64,000 nucleotides of DNA from Octopus vulgaris (lineage: Eukaryota): contig OX597822.1 in the NCBI GenBank assembly GCA_951406725.2, forward strand, positions 744,001-808,000, written 5' to 3'. How positions within the stretch are numbered: the first letter of the stretch is position 1; the number at the start of each line of letters is the position of its first letter. Position numbers and translations under genes: made by a program. A model generated the notes under the pieces. That model saw only the letters and a list, made by a program, of their open reading frames with translations. It made no database searches and was not told where the DNA came from. Of this stretch, positions 27,991 to 40,885 are shown one piece after another.

Positions 27991-28135
27991 CCCACCCCAG
28001 CAATATCAATAATAAGAAAAATATCTAGCAATAGCAACACTTAATTTCGATTTTTGAGATTGAAAATTCCACAAAAATCTCTTTATGACGATGAGTAGGA
28101 ATTGACTTATTAGTCGAAGAAAGCAAATACAACAA

Positions 28136-28255
28136 ATATACTCAAATACAAAAACATATACTCAAATACAAAAAAATATACTCAAATACAAAAAAATATA
28201 CTCAAATACAAAAAAATATACTCAAATACAAAAACATATACTACAAATACAACAA
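28136..28255. repeat. 20-bp minisatellite (ATATACTCAAATACAAAAAM)
   Basis: About 6 tandem units are directly visible. Confidence 0.9.
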
Positions 28256-29338
28256 ATAACAGCAAACATATCAACAAGGATAAAAAGGAAGCAAGAAAAA
28301 TAGAGAGAAGGGGTAGAAGTGAAGAAGAAGAAAAGAAATTGGTTGATTTATTGTTAAAAGTTCTGTGTTGCTGGAAAGATCGACGCCGGAGAGTTCAAAT
28401 TGATAAGCTAATTACAACCGATAGAATATAGAACGCATTATTTCTTCGGAGATTGCCTGGCCATGATTGAACGGTTTGAAGCCAACCATCGACTTATAGC
28501 CTGGTGTTACATTGCTGATTCAAGGGGAGATAACTGAATAAATTTATGTAAATGAAACACGCTCGAACTCAACATTCCCCGAGCTTGTTAGGACTTTGTT
28601 GTTGTATACAAGGCGTCGCAGTACGTGCGACAAGTCATTTATATTCCAACGTCCCATCTCCCGGGGGCGTACAAAAGGATTTAACATGGCTTTCTCTCTC
28701 TGACGCTTTATATGTAGTTTTCTTATTCATGTTGTTGTCTTTAGCTTGATTTTAGTCTTGTCGGTATTGTTGTTGTTGTTGTAGTTGTTATTGTTGTTGC
28801 AGGAGCAAACGTTATTGTATTTATTTCATTTGATTTGATTTCATTTCATTTCAATGTGCCGAGGAAAGACGAAGAGATTACGTGCGAGCGAATACGAGAG
28901 AGAAAGAATGAGAGAGACAGACACACATACACATAGAGGGAGAGAGAAAGAGAAAAAGAGAAAGAAGAAAATGAGACAGGGTGAGGCAAGTGATGGCAGA
29001 GATAGAGAAGGAAAGGGAATCGGTGTCTTTACGTGAAGTTACAAAATATGGTTGCGATGGGGGAAGGGAAGAGATGCACAACAGATACAGAGAGAATAGG
29101 CATTCGTTTTGGCTTTTGTTTTTGGATGACATATCAATCTATCTCGTACAGAGAGATCGACCCACGGTGAAGTAACAACAGTGACAACAACAACAACAAG
29201 GTCATTTTGGAGTAATTTATTAAACAGAAAATTTATACACCACAAACAAAAAAATTAACACATAAATACAAATATTTGTTCTTGGCATTTCTCTAGAAAT
29301 AAGAAACACACACAGACACACACACTTTTTGTTTCATT

Positions 29339-29529
29339 CACTTGTTTCAGTCATTAGACTGCGCCCATGTTAGGGTGTCAGCTTGAGGAATTTTTGTGGA
29401 ATGAATCGACACCAGCACTTTTTTTAAAGCCTGGTAGGTCTTCTTTGCCGACCCACTAAGTTGCGGGACGTAAACACACTAACACCGTCAAGCAGTGGTA
29501 GAGGACAAACAGGTAGAAAAACACACACA

Positions 29530-29565
<36 letters not shown>

Positions 29566-29722
29566 GACGGGCTTCGATCAGTCTCCGTCTACCAAATCCA
29601 CAAAGTAGGCTTTGGTCGGCCAGAGGCAAGAGTAGTAGAGAGTTGCCCAAGGTGCCACGTAATTGGATTGAAACCGGAACCATATGGTTGGAAAGCGAGC
29701 TCCTTCCACACAGCTGGTCCTA
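29339..29722 (-). mobile_element. SINE family A
   Basis: Diverged reverse complement of 9204-9603. Confidence 0.85.
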
Positions 29723-29842
29723 TGTATATATGAGTGTGTATACATACGAACATACATACATATATATATATATATGTGTGTGTTTATGTATTTGGTTTAA
29801 CAACGTATCATCCCCCCCTCTCTCCATATATTTATACACACA

Positions 29843-29880
<38 letters not shown>

Positions 29881-30804
29881 TGTAAAGCTGTTTGGTAACA
29901 TCTGTTGTTCAGCTGTTGGTGAACCCTGATCTAACAGACAAACATAATAAAACGCGTTCTCGCCACGACCATTCCGTCTTGATTTCAATAGAAAAAAAAA
30001 AGCCACAATATATTTAAAACTAAATTATCCGATGTGTCCTTTCCTGTTTTATTTATTTATGCTATTCATATAACGCTTAAGGGAGAGATTTAAGAAAGAT
30101 TTGACTGCTACTACTAACAAGCTGATCGACCACCTAGTGACTCTATCATCGTTGACTCGTTGATAAAAGATAGAGAGAGAGATACACCAAGAACAATCAA
30201 CAAACAACGAACAACTAACAACAACAAACAAGCGCCACAACGTTGCAAGATCAATGTGTAGTAATTTATTAATCAAGAAATCTATACGAAACATAAATAA
30301 ATAAATAAATCATTAAAACAAATAGAATTTATTCGCGACAAAATATAAACATTGGTTTGAATATTATTTTCGTTTGTTTATTCGTTGTTTTCTTTTAGGA
30401 AACAAAAAAAATGAAAGTAAAGCGAAATAAAGCGAAGCAATATAACATAATACGAAACAAACGTAAATGGACGACAGTACAAACGATGTACAGAACAGAG
30501 GCGATCCACAAAAAGAAACGCTAATTACAAAGAAGACAGCCGTTTCCCCTGCCATATGGCTAAATTCATCGGCACATTGGAGGTTCATATGGGCAGCTTT
30601 GTTTTAATGCATAATTGAAGTAATTCGTTGGATAAATATTTAAGATAAGGAATTATCGATCATTGGGTTGCATGCCGAAATCTGTGGGGGAAGGGAAAAA
30701 AATCAAAGAAAGAACGAAGGAAACAAGGAAAAAAATATTGCATGTATAAGTATAGCCTTATGTATTAGAACTTGTTTCTCTCTCTCTCTCTCTCTCTTTC
30801 TGTG

Positions 30805-30854
<50 letters not shown>

Positions 30855-30925
30855 TATGATAATATATATATATATATATGAATACATACACACACACATT
30901 CACACATAGATACCCACGTATATGT

Positions 30926-30985
<60 letters not shown>

Positions 30986-31868
30986 AGAGAGAGAGAGAGG
31001 GAGGAAGAGGGGCAGGGAGGGGTAGAAAGAGTGGGAGACGGAGAAAGAAGTGTATTTATACATATGGATCAGTCTATTCGTCTCTTTCTGTGAAGATGTG
31101 ATATTCCTTGCTTATTGAACCTGTCTTGGATGTTATTTACAAGGGGATAGATTGGAAAGTGGGAGTGGGGGAGAACTTCCATGCTATCCTTGTACCCACC
31201 CCTTAACGACTGGGAAGCTATACCCTAAAGTTATGTGTTGAATGTATGCGTATGTGGACGTGTGGGTGTGAATAGATGTGTATGTGTGTGTGCGTGTGTG
31301 GATGTGTGGGTGTGCATAGATTTATATGTGTATGTGTGTGTATGTGCATATTAATGCGTATTCTAAATATCTGTGTTTCTCTGCGCATGTCACCAAAAGA
31401 TAGGCAGAAATAGAAAGAGAAAGCGAGCAAAAGCCGGAAGGGAATGGAGGAAATGTGTAAGGAGAGTAGAAAGGTAGAGAGAAAGACCAACTGAATACAG
31501 CAACAAATAACGATACAGAGATAAGCGGAGAAGGAGTAATAGAGAAAGAGAAAAACAGAACTCAGGGCTAAAACAGAAAGAAAATAAGTCTCACATGATT
31601 AAAGGATTATCTGGTGTTTCTCAGTCATAATCCTTTGAATAGATCACCTTGGCTGACGTAGGATTGTGTTGCAAGAATTTTGAACAATGGCTTATAATTG
31701 TTGGTATTTATTCGTTCTTTGTTACTGTTCTTACCAACACTTTTCCGAGCACCATTTTTTTGACATGGGAACTCATCACCATTCATAACACTCGTCCTTA
31801 TCATTGATTACTGCAGCTTACCCATCGTTCTTGCGGTATGTTTTTGTCCCTTTGAATCTGTGATTACG

Positions 31869-32014
31869 ATTTATCGGGCACGATTTCATTTGACTATACC
31901 AATAGAAAATGCAAAAGCGGGCAGCCGCGACATGGTTTTGCGTTTATGGATCGTCGACTGGCAGGGCGCCCACTTTTGCATTTCCCAGGGTTAAACGAAA
32001 TTGTACCCGCTAAA
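31869..32014. repeat. Old degenerate fold-back / MITE relic
   Basis: TTTATCGGGCACGATTTCATTTGAC..GAAAATGCAAAAGCGGGC pairs with GCCCACTTTTGCATTTC..GTTAAACGAAATTGTACCCGCTAAA. Confidence 0.65.
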
Positions 32015-32101
32015 GCGGTTTCGTGAACCTAAAGTTTTGAAGCGCTCATTCTGGCGACAGATTTTTGTCATTTCTCATCACTCTTAAAAAAAAAAAACTT
32101 A

Positions 32102-32293
32102 GGCGTAGGAGTGGCTGTGTTGTAAGTAGTTTGCTTACGAACCACATGATTTCGGGGGGTTCAGTCCCACTGCGTGGCACCTTGGGAAAGTGTCTTCTAC
32201 TATAGCCTCGGCCGACCAAAGCCTTGTGAGTGGATTTGATAGACGGAAACTGAAAGAATCCCGTCGTCTATATATATATATACATATATATAC

Positions 32294-32370
<77 letters not shown>

Positions 32371-32568
32371 TGTGCCTGTGTTTGTCCCCCCCCAGCATCG
32401 CTTGACAACCGATACTGGTGTCTTTACCTCCCCGTAACATAGCGGTTCGGCAAAAGGGACCAATAGAATAAGTACTAGGCTTACAAAGAATAAGTCCCAG
32501 ATCGATTTGCTCGACTAAAGGCGGTGCTCCAGCATGGCCACAGTCAAATGACTGAAACAAGTAAAAGA
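32102..32568 (+). mobile_element. SINE family A, full length
   Basis: High identity to 9204-9603, with an expanded internal microsatellite. Confidence 0.9.
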
Positions 32569-34277
32569 GAGAGAGAGTTATTCTCCCCATTCTAATATCC
32601 AAAACGAGTGGTCTTCAAAGTGATCAGAAGTGTTAGACTCACAATCGTAAAATCGTGGTTTCAGTTCCCAGACAAGACAACGTGTTGTGTTCTCGAGGAA
32701 AATACTTCGTTTCCCGTTGCTTCAATACACTTAAATGAAAATATGTAACAACAATAGCTGGGAGGAGATGGAGTTAATCTTATGACAGACTGACGAGTCG
32801 TTCAGGGGAGAGAACCGTACTCACCGTGGCGTATACTCCATTTGAATCAAGGATTAGAGGCGACTTAATTCAGTCTATAAGCTTTATTAGGAAAAACCAT
32901 CCTTATTCTTATCATTCGTGTAATGAATCGTCTGATCACTCATCGATACTCATCCAAAATCTCATTTAACAACTTGTCTCATCATTCTTTTGCAATCACT
33001 CTTTTCAACCAACTTTCTTAACATAAATCATTATAATTTCACTTCAGAGGGCAACGTGCAGCCAATCAAAAGCTAACTGGTTCACTTCTTACTAGAACTC
33101 TTCAGTGTTTTAACTAAAAATAGTTAACATTCAAAGACACGATTTTTTAAATATTTCTACTGTGTATATTTTTTAATGATTTGTCAGCGAAGTATGAGTA
33201 GTGCCTATGCCGGTTTTTAGGGTGACTAAGACTAGAAGTGCACTAACGAACAACGAAACTTTAGAATTTTCCCCTCTATAAATTCAAGGACAACTTATAA
33301 TCAACGCATCAGCAAAGAAACATCGCAAAATATAAACCTCTTTTGAATTCCGCCACCACAGATGGAACTACAACAAGAATTTAGAACATATCCAACCAAT
33401 ACTACTACGACCACAACAGGTCAATTTTAGGTCATTTGACCATTAAAAAGTTTCCAAGAACAATTTACCGAAGCATAGCACTCCTGTATTTTTCTTTTCT
33501 TTTTCCTTCTCCCTCTTCTTTCCCGACTCTTATTCATCATCATCATCATAAACATCATCATTGTCATCGTCATTATCATTATCATCATCACTCCTCCTCC
33601 TTCTTCTTTTCCTTCTACTCCCGCTTAAACTATTTCCGGCTGCTCCTGCTTAAACCATCAATTCTCTGTACCCAAGTTATTCCTTCAAATATACTACTAC
33701 CTACCCACCTATCTACCTACTTACCTACCAAGCAAGCATTCACAAAAGAATGGGGAGAGAGAGAGAGAGAGAGACTGAAAAAGTTTAGGAAATATTTACC
33801 TATTCAAAGACTATAAAAATATCTACAAAACATTTCACTTAATTTTTTTCTCCAATTTAATTGATTAAAAAAAATTTAACTGTTAGTTGAAAAGTCTAAA
33901 AAGGCGGAAACCGGTACTAAAATGTACTTCATGATAAAATTATTTTAGCATTGTCTAACTTATCTTATTTTTTTTATATGCATATGTATATATATATATA
34001 TATATATATTTAAAAATTGAGGGAGATAAATTAATATTAATTTTAATATCAATTTAAAACCAGTAGTCCAGCATTCAAAAAATCTGAGGAGTCAGAGAAA
34101 ATTCAAATATATGTGTATATTGGCAGGGCTGGCCTGCTAGGTAGCCGGCCAGAATGCTAGAAATAGATAATATACGATCAAACTACAAGGGATATTCTCT
34201 AGAGGAAGAATTCAGCAAACACCAGAACCAAATTTGGCGGGCAGGACATATGAAAAATTAAATAAAAAACAGACTTA

Positions 34278-34353
34278 AATGCATACCTCGGTTTCGGTCT
34301 TAACAAGAGAATTACTTGCATAATTCAAGTGTCCGTGACTTCTTCAGTACATT
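34278..34353 (-). ncRNA. Type I hammerhead ribozyme motif, copy 1
   Basis: AAUGUA-CUGAAGA-aGUC...GACc-GAAA-CCGAG-GUA^UGCAUU: 6-bp stem I, intact core boxes, stem III ACC/GGU. The first pair of stem II is A.C instead of G-C. Confidence 0.75.
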
Positions 34354-34823
34354 CGGTCCTTGAGATGCAAACCGCAAGACTAACCCCAGCTCTCTGTGTC
34401 AAGACAGACACGTGCTTAGTCTTACTGATTACATCGGGAATACAATTTCAAATGTCTTGGTTCCGGCGCGCTCAGAGACTCCTGAAGCGAAGGGCTGCAG
34501 TGAATAATTCACTGCGGGTTAAGCTTACTGCTAGGGAACGTATTTATTTAAATATTTAAAAATTGAGGGAGATAAATTAATATTAATTTTAATATCAATT
34601 TAAAACCAGTAGTCCAGCATTCAAAAAATCTGAGGAGTCAGAGAAAATTCAAATATGTGTGTATATTGGCAGGGCTGGCCTGCTAGGTAGCCGGCCAGAA
34701 TGCTAGAAATAGATCATATACGATCAAACTACAAGGGAAATTCTCTAGAGGAAGAATTCAGCAAACACCAGAACCAAATTTGGCGGGCAGGACATATGAA
34801 AAATTAAATAAAAAACAGACTTA

Positions 34824-34899
34824 AATGCATACCTCGGTTTCGGTCTTAACAAGAGAATTACTTGCATAATTCAAGTGTCCGTGACTTCTTCAGTACATT
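34824..34899 (-). ncRNA. Type I hammerhead ribozyme motif, copy 2
   Basis: Same sequence as copy 1, 546 bp away. Confidence 0.75.
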
Positions 34900-34970
34900 C
34901 GGTCCTCGAGATGCAAACCGCAAGACTAACCCCAGCTCTCTGTGTCAAGACAGACACGTGCTCAGTCTTA

Positions 34971-35025
<55 letters not shown>

Positions 35026-35420
35026 ACACAAACACACACAAACATATATATATGTAGGCCTGCTTTGCTTCGTATATATATATATATGTTTACACACACA
35101 CACACATACACACACACGTACATGCACGCACACATACACAGGTAGGGCTTCAATCAGTGACTGTCTACAAAATCCACTCACAAGGCCATACTAGACTCGA
35201 AGCTATAGTAGAAGACACATGCCAAAAATTCTAGGCAGTGGGCTTGAACCAGGAACCATGTGTTTTGGAAGTAAATTTCTTACCGCACAGCCACACCGAC
35301 ACCAGCGTAAGCGTGGGGGTTTTTGTTAAAAACCCGCGAAACCTTAAAACGCACAGAGCCGAATAAAACTGTTTTAAATAATAATATATAATATATGTAA
35401 AATAAAAAAAAATACTATAT

Positions 35421-35668
35421 ATGCGCCTTTTTAAATCCTAGCTAGGCTCATGGGCCCGGCTTCCCGGTTGCAATGGCGTATGTGTTCCCCAGCTGGACGG
35501 GACGCCAGTCCATCGCAGCGTTACTCAATTTTGCCAGCTGAGTGGACTGGAGCAACATGAAATGAAGTGTTTTGCTCAAGAACACAACGCGGTGCCGGTC
35601 CAGGAATCGAAACCACAATCTTACGATCATTATGCTGACACCGTAACCACTAAGCCACGTTTCTCCAC
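35421..35668 (-). mobile_element. SINE family C, full length
   Basis: Minus-strand head GTGGCTTAGTGGTTACGG...GGTTTCGATTCCTGG, matching 24690-24918. Confidence 0.88.
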
Positions 35669-35742
35669 ACTATATGTAAACCCTATACTGTGTTGAGTAC
35701 CTTCTTTTCTCGCTTATCCACTCACTCGTATATATGTATATA

Positions 35743-35794
<52 letters not shown>

Positions 35795-35798
35795 TACA

Positions 35799-36347
35799 CA
35801 AGCAAAACGCCCCCATCAAATGGACGGTGGTTGAGTTGTCAAAACATTTAAACTAAATTTTCTCAAAGCAACTTGTCCGACCGTCACACAGGTCTCCCCT
35901 CTGAGAAACACTGATTTAACCTAAATTTGAGACACCAGCAAAAGAAGAAATAAAGATAGACTTTTTTCTATTCGAAAGAAAAACAATTTTATTTGCTCAA
36001 ATATGCAACCGAAGATTTTTAAGCACCAGTAATGATAGGGATGTTGACTGGGAGAACACAAACATGGTTTAAACAGTAAGCTTGGCAGGAAAGAAACGTG
36101 CCTTTAAGCAGTACAAAAACAACAAAAAATGGAAGGTGCAGTTATGTACAGGTTGACGGAAGAAAATGGACAAGAACGGCTTTATCGATTGCATTCTCAC
36201 CTGGAATCAATTTTTGTAATTTTTTCAAGACTTATACACGCCCTGATACCGTCGGTATCTACATATCAAATTTGAGCGCAATCGGATTTAGGATGCCCAA
36301 GATTCTAGAAGACAGACAGACAGACAAAACGGATTTTATAAAATAGA
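35799..36347 (-). mobile_element. Putative non-autonomous Helitron
   Basis: Minus-strand start TCTATTTTATAAAA..GTCTGTCTGTCT. Hairpin CCGTCCAT/ATGGGGG followed by GCTTG near 35800. Confidence 0.45.
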
Positions 36348-36383
36348 TACGCTACACACACACGCCCACGCTTGCATACCCGT

Positions 36384-36440
<57 letters not shown>

Positions 36441-37177
36441 CGTGTGAACTTGTGTGTGACATAATTCACAATGCTTAAGGCTCTGAATATACGTATTTCC
36501 TTTGTTAAACTCTAATTGAAAACCGCCTCGCCTTTGAATCTATTGAAATTATTCGCTGTCAACGTATTGAATTATATTTCACAGTAAATATTTTGTCACT
36601 TTTGAACACTTAATTCTTTTTGCTATATATTATTCGTATATTTCTTTCAGCTTGGTCTTTTCTGCTTTTTTTTTTATAAATTTAATTACTGTTCGCAACA
36701 CACTGCGTGACATATAAAGCGAGTGAGTCACGGTTGCTAAGTTTTTTTACAGTTAAACTATCGGCTGGAAAGCTTTCATTCTGAATTTTGTATCTAACAC
36801 TCTGACACAGACACATATATGTATGTATGTATGTATGTGTGTATGTATGTATGTGTGTATGTATGTATGTATGTATGTATGTATGTATGTATGTATGTAT
36901 GTATGTATGTGTGTGTGTGTGTGTGTGTATGTATGCATGCATGTATGCATGTATGTATGTATGTATGTATGTATGTATGTATGTGTGTATGTATGTATGT
37001 GTGTGTGTATGTATGTATGTATGTATGTATGTATGTATGTGTGTGTGTATGTATGTATGTATGCATGCATGCATGCATGTATGTATGTATGTATGTATGT
37101 ATGTATGTATGTATATATGTATGTATGTTTGTATGTATGCATGTATGTATCTATGTATGTATGTACGTACGTACGTA

Positions 37178-37450
37178 CGAGGACTGATCAATAAGTATCC
37201 GGACTGTTGCTATAGTAACGAAGCTAAAGCACGGAGAGTAAAGCTGCTTGGCGCTTATTGACCTTGATCTCTGCTGTGCATGTTCACGAAGTTTTATCGT
37301 TCTAGCTCACTTCCGTTATTTATAGCAGTGCTCGAAGTAACGTGTGTAACGTGTGATCGTCGCACTGATCATGACAGAAAATGTTATAGCGATACCTGCT
37401 CAGAGGCCTACACAAAGTTGCAGAAAGTGCATGGAGAGGAGTGTATGCTG
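37178..37450 (+). mobile_element. Mariner-like transposon 5' fragment
   Basis: TA|CGAGGACTGATCAATAAGTATCCGGACT is a mariner-type TIR. N-terminal HTH remnant DTCSEAYTKLQKVHGEECM. Confidence 0.7.
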
Positions 37451-37810
37451 CTGATAAAACGTGGAACCACCAGAACTATGCAACGCTACGCCCCTGATCA
37501 TAAGAAAAATTGGGACCTTAATTCTGACGACAACCATTCTGAGCGGACCGTCTACTGGCGTGACAAAGTTATTAACCCCCATGAGCCTTAGTCCCTCTGC
37601 CGTACCATCTGAATTTACATCAACAAGGCACAGGGACAGTTGTTACAAGTAGTTGGCCTACATCTATCACAGCAGGTATTTACCCATGGTCAACTATACG
37701 TGGGATGCTCCCGTGTCTTCATTTGTGATAATCCGGGCAACACCAGGAACGTTGTCTACAAAGAAGCCCTGCAATAACACTTTTGAACCTACCGCCATTA
37801 CTCTTCCGTC

Positions 37811-37932
37811 GCTGGAGTCATTGTAACTTTCTCAATTCTTTAACCCAACTGCATCCATCTTCTTCATGTTGCTAGAGTCATTGCCAGTTTATCAATTTTT
37901 AACCCGACTGCATCCACCTTCTTCATGTTGCC
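37811..37932. repeat. Tandem duplication of a ~59-bp unit
   Basis: GCT(G/A)GAGTCATTG...TTTAACCC(A/G)ACTGCATCCA(T/C)CTTCTTCATGTTGC occurs twice. Confidence 0.75.
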
Positions 37933-38324
37933 GGCCATCTCTGCAAACTGACCACCTCTGCCAGTCAAACTTCCAACCCATGGGTTCACGCCACGACACT
38001 GATTCCGCAAAATTAGTTTGGGTGTGACTGCATATTGTATCCAAAATGTTGTAAGTGCAGTTGCATTATACTATTTCAGTTTTGTGCAGAGACCTGATTG
38101 GTGTTTTTTTTATCCAGCATTTTCCCTTTATTCTTTGTCCTTCACATCAGCATCCGCGAGGCTTATCCAATCGCTGTTTTCATTACCAATTATTACTAAA
38201 ATTTTCGGTTTTTTTTTTGGATGGGGGTAGGATTCCTCATCTTTAAAATGTAACCGAGTAGACTCGAATGAAATCGGGTCATAATACCGAAACAAGTAAA
38301 ACAATAAAAAAAACTATGCTATTT

Positions 38325-38356
38325 TAAACCCGAGCAAGGCCGAGTTTCTCTGCTAG
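38325..38356 (+). mobile_element. Helitron 3' terminus
   Basis: CCCGAGCAAGGCCGAG hairpin relic followed by TCTCTGCTAG|T, as at 21771-21797. Confidence 0.55.
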
Positions 38357-38361
38357 TTGCA

Positions 38362-39113
38362 TGTATAAACCTGAAATTGTAATCTGAATAGAGTAACTGC
38401 AGATTTCTCAATAGTTCAGTGTAGGTATTCTGTTTTTCACTGATCTTCAGCTTTATGTTAACATCCGCTGGCCAGCTAATTCTAACAACTGTGCACTGTT
38501 TGCCTTCTCTATCCCAAATCATTATATCATGTCTGTTGTCCTTACATTTTGTCGAGGTCTTCACTGGGACATTCCACCAATACTTCTTTTTAGTATGAGT
38601 GGCTATGGCCTCTACTATATTGTGGTTTCTTATTCCTTTGTCCTCAGGGTAATCCTTCTGACGGATTTCCTTAAAGAGTGTTCTAGCTTTAACATCATGT
38701 CTCTTTGGTAGATAATATCATGATGACATTTTCAGACACCTGCTTATGATGTGGATGATATATTCGCAAAGCCTGCATCGGTTGTCACATTTTACTGCTT
38801 TTCTTGCATCTCTATCCCGTTTGTGCATCAAGTCCCTTGTTGATATTTCCTGTTCCTGGATTGCTAACGCATACCCTTCAAGGTTGGAGTTAGTAATCCG
38901 GCTATTGTTCCATGATAGACTGCTTTGATGATGAATGTCATGTCATTATCATCTCAGAGCTTTCTACTAACATATACATGCATAGTTTTCCTCTAATATA
39001 GGCTCATCCTTTCATCTGATGATAAGTTGTGGTAGAGTCGTGCGACTTCTTTGGGTATGTACTCTAGGTTACCAAACAAAGAATGTTGCTCAAGGAGCTG
39101 CCATCCAAGTCTT
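38362..39113 (-). mobile_element. R4/Dong-clade LINE 3' fragment (restriction-like endonuclease region)
   Basis: Diverged reverse complement of ~60690-61420, encoding RHDIMIWDRE..VVRISWPADVNI. Confidence 0.85.
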
Positions 39114-39213
<100 letters not shown>

Positions 39214-39216
39214 AAT

Positions 39217-39320
39217 GAAGGTGCATGGCTCAGTGGTTAAAGCGTTGGACTCACAATCATGAAGTAGCGAGTTCAATTCCCCGACCGAGCTGTGTGTTGT
39301 ATTCTTGAGCAACACACTCT
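39217..39320 (+). mobile_element. SINE family C head
   Basis: GAAGGTGCATGGCTCAGTGG...GAGTTCAATTCC...TTCTTGAGCAA. Confidence 0.75.
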
Positions 39321-40200
39321 ATGTCCCATTCCTTCAGTTTGAGTAACGTAAACTCTTTTCAACTCCTGGGTTTTGCTTTTCGGCGATATGTTCCTTCTCG
39401 CACTGCTGCTCCTGTTCCATTACATCCTCGTTGTGTTTCTGGGGACACTTTGCCATCATGTATCCTCGTACTCCACATTGGTTGCAGGTTGGGGGTCTCC
39501 CCTCCACCGTCACTCTCACAATCTCATCTTCCGGCAGTTTCACCTCTTCTGCTATGTTTTGAAGGTCTGGCAAACTGACCTGGATCGACACCTGCAGCCC
39601 GTATCCCCAATAGTTCAACTCTCTCGTTTTTATCACTCTTAATACTTTTACTTTCTCTTCCATGTTGAAAAGGATGGCTGCCACCAGCCACTCTTCTTCG
39701 ATCTCAGGGGGCACTCTATCGATCCTTACTCTAGTCACACGTTTGGCACAGTAGGTCGGCAGAAGTGCCCACTCTGGTGTTCTCAGCGCCACAGTGGAGT
39801 GGTTCATCGCTTCTTGCTCATTGGCGAATCTCACCTCCACTGTGTCGTACTATTTCCCTCTTGTATAAAAAGTTGTGAGGCTCTTCACCTCTTTTAGTTA
39901 TTCTTCTATATCCTCCACTGTGGCTATTTCAATTTTCTTTGTCTTCGGGGACAGGGTCCCAATACCACTGTCCATTTCATTACATTTGCTGTAAATCATG
40001 CTGGTGGTGTTAACTTTAGGCTGGTACCATCCTTTTCCAAAAGTTTGTTGAATTCCTTCAACCTCTACTGGTCCATTTTAATTTCTCGCACTTGCAACAC
40101 ATCCACTGTTTAACTACTTCCAGTGGCTGCATTAAAGCTGCCGGCTGGAACTAGTCTACTCTCTATTCTTTCTCCTACTTCATCCATATATTTGGAGAGG
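39321..40200 (-). pseudogene. LINE (L1/Tx1-like) ORF1 gag-like remnant
   Basis: ORF 39334-39840: TRVRIDRVPPEI...VTVEGRPPTCNQCGVRGYMMAKCP, a Cx2Cx4(H>Y)x4C knuckle typical of LINE ORF1. The upstream part has stops. Confidence 0.7.
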
Positions 40201-40885
40201 AAACCAAATATATACAATAAACAGTAACAAGTAATTAAAAAATTCAACAATAATGCTCCAAAAATAGGTTACGAGAGACCTTCAGCAATCAAACAAATCC
40301 AATTGAATAACTTGGTTACAAAAAAATAACGCGACTCTTTCGCCCGGTGTGCTAACGTTTCTGCCAGCTCGCCGCTTAGATAGTTACATAATTAGGAATA
40401 AGGTGAATCTATGTTTGTAGAGTGTTAGTGGGAACAGTCTAAAAATTCACATGACATATTTAAATTCTAATTTACAATGATCGCTAACTATATAGAAGGT
40501 TAACAGGTTCGATTACGACGCTAAGCCTATGAATCACTAAGATGCCAAAGTACAAAGACTTATACGCTTAAACTTTAAGTTAATCAAATCGAACTAAAGT
40601 GGAACATTGGTGCTTTTATATATAATTTCTTTTATCTCATTAAAACAAATCGATGTTCATAAGTTCAGATTCTATCCTATCTACTTTTTAAAAAACTCAA
40701 ACATAGGTAAATACTTATACCTACAAACAATTAAAACGTCCGATATTTTATTAATTAATTTTTTTTTGTCTACGAAGTATGCAGATTGCTTCCTTTATAC
40801 ATAACTTACACCTTCCAGTATATGTTCTATACGGGGTGGTTTCTGATATGATTGACCTGTCTAGTCAAATTTCCTTATTTCGCAG

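Larger units (their letters stand above)
34005..34975 (-). mobile_element. 546-bp head-to-tail repeat (~1.8 units) carrying hammerhead ribozymes (Penelope pseudo-LTR or retrozyme-like)
   Basis: 34005-34429 is repeated near-identically at +546 (34551-34975). Flanked by (TA)n on both sides. One HHR motif per unit on the minus strand. Confidence 0.85.

Noticed and set aside
28136-28255. Regular 20-bp repeats resembling a CRISPR array
   Set aside because: No unique spacers and a eukaryotic context. It is a simple minisatellite.
31580-31616. AAAGGATTAT...ATAATCCTTT hairpin
   Set aside because: A 10-bp AT-rich stem is plausible by chance in 64 kb of AT-rich DNA.
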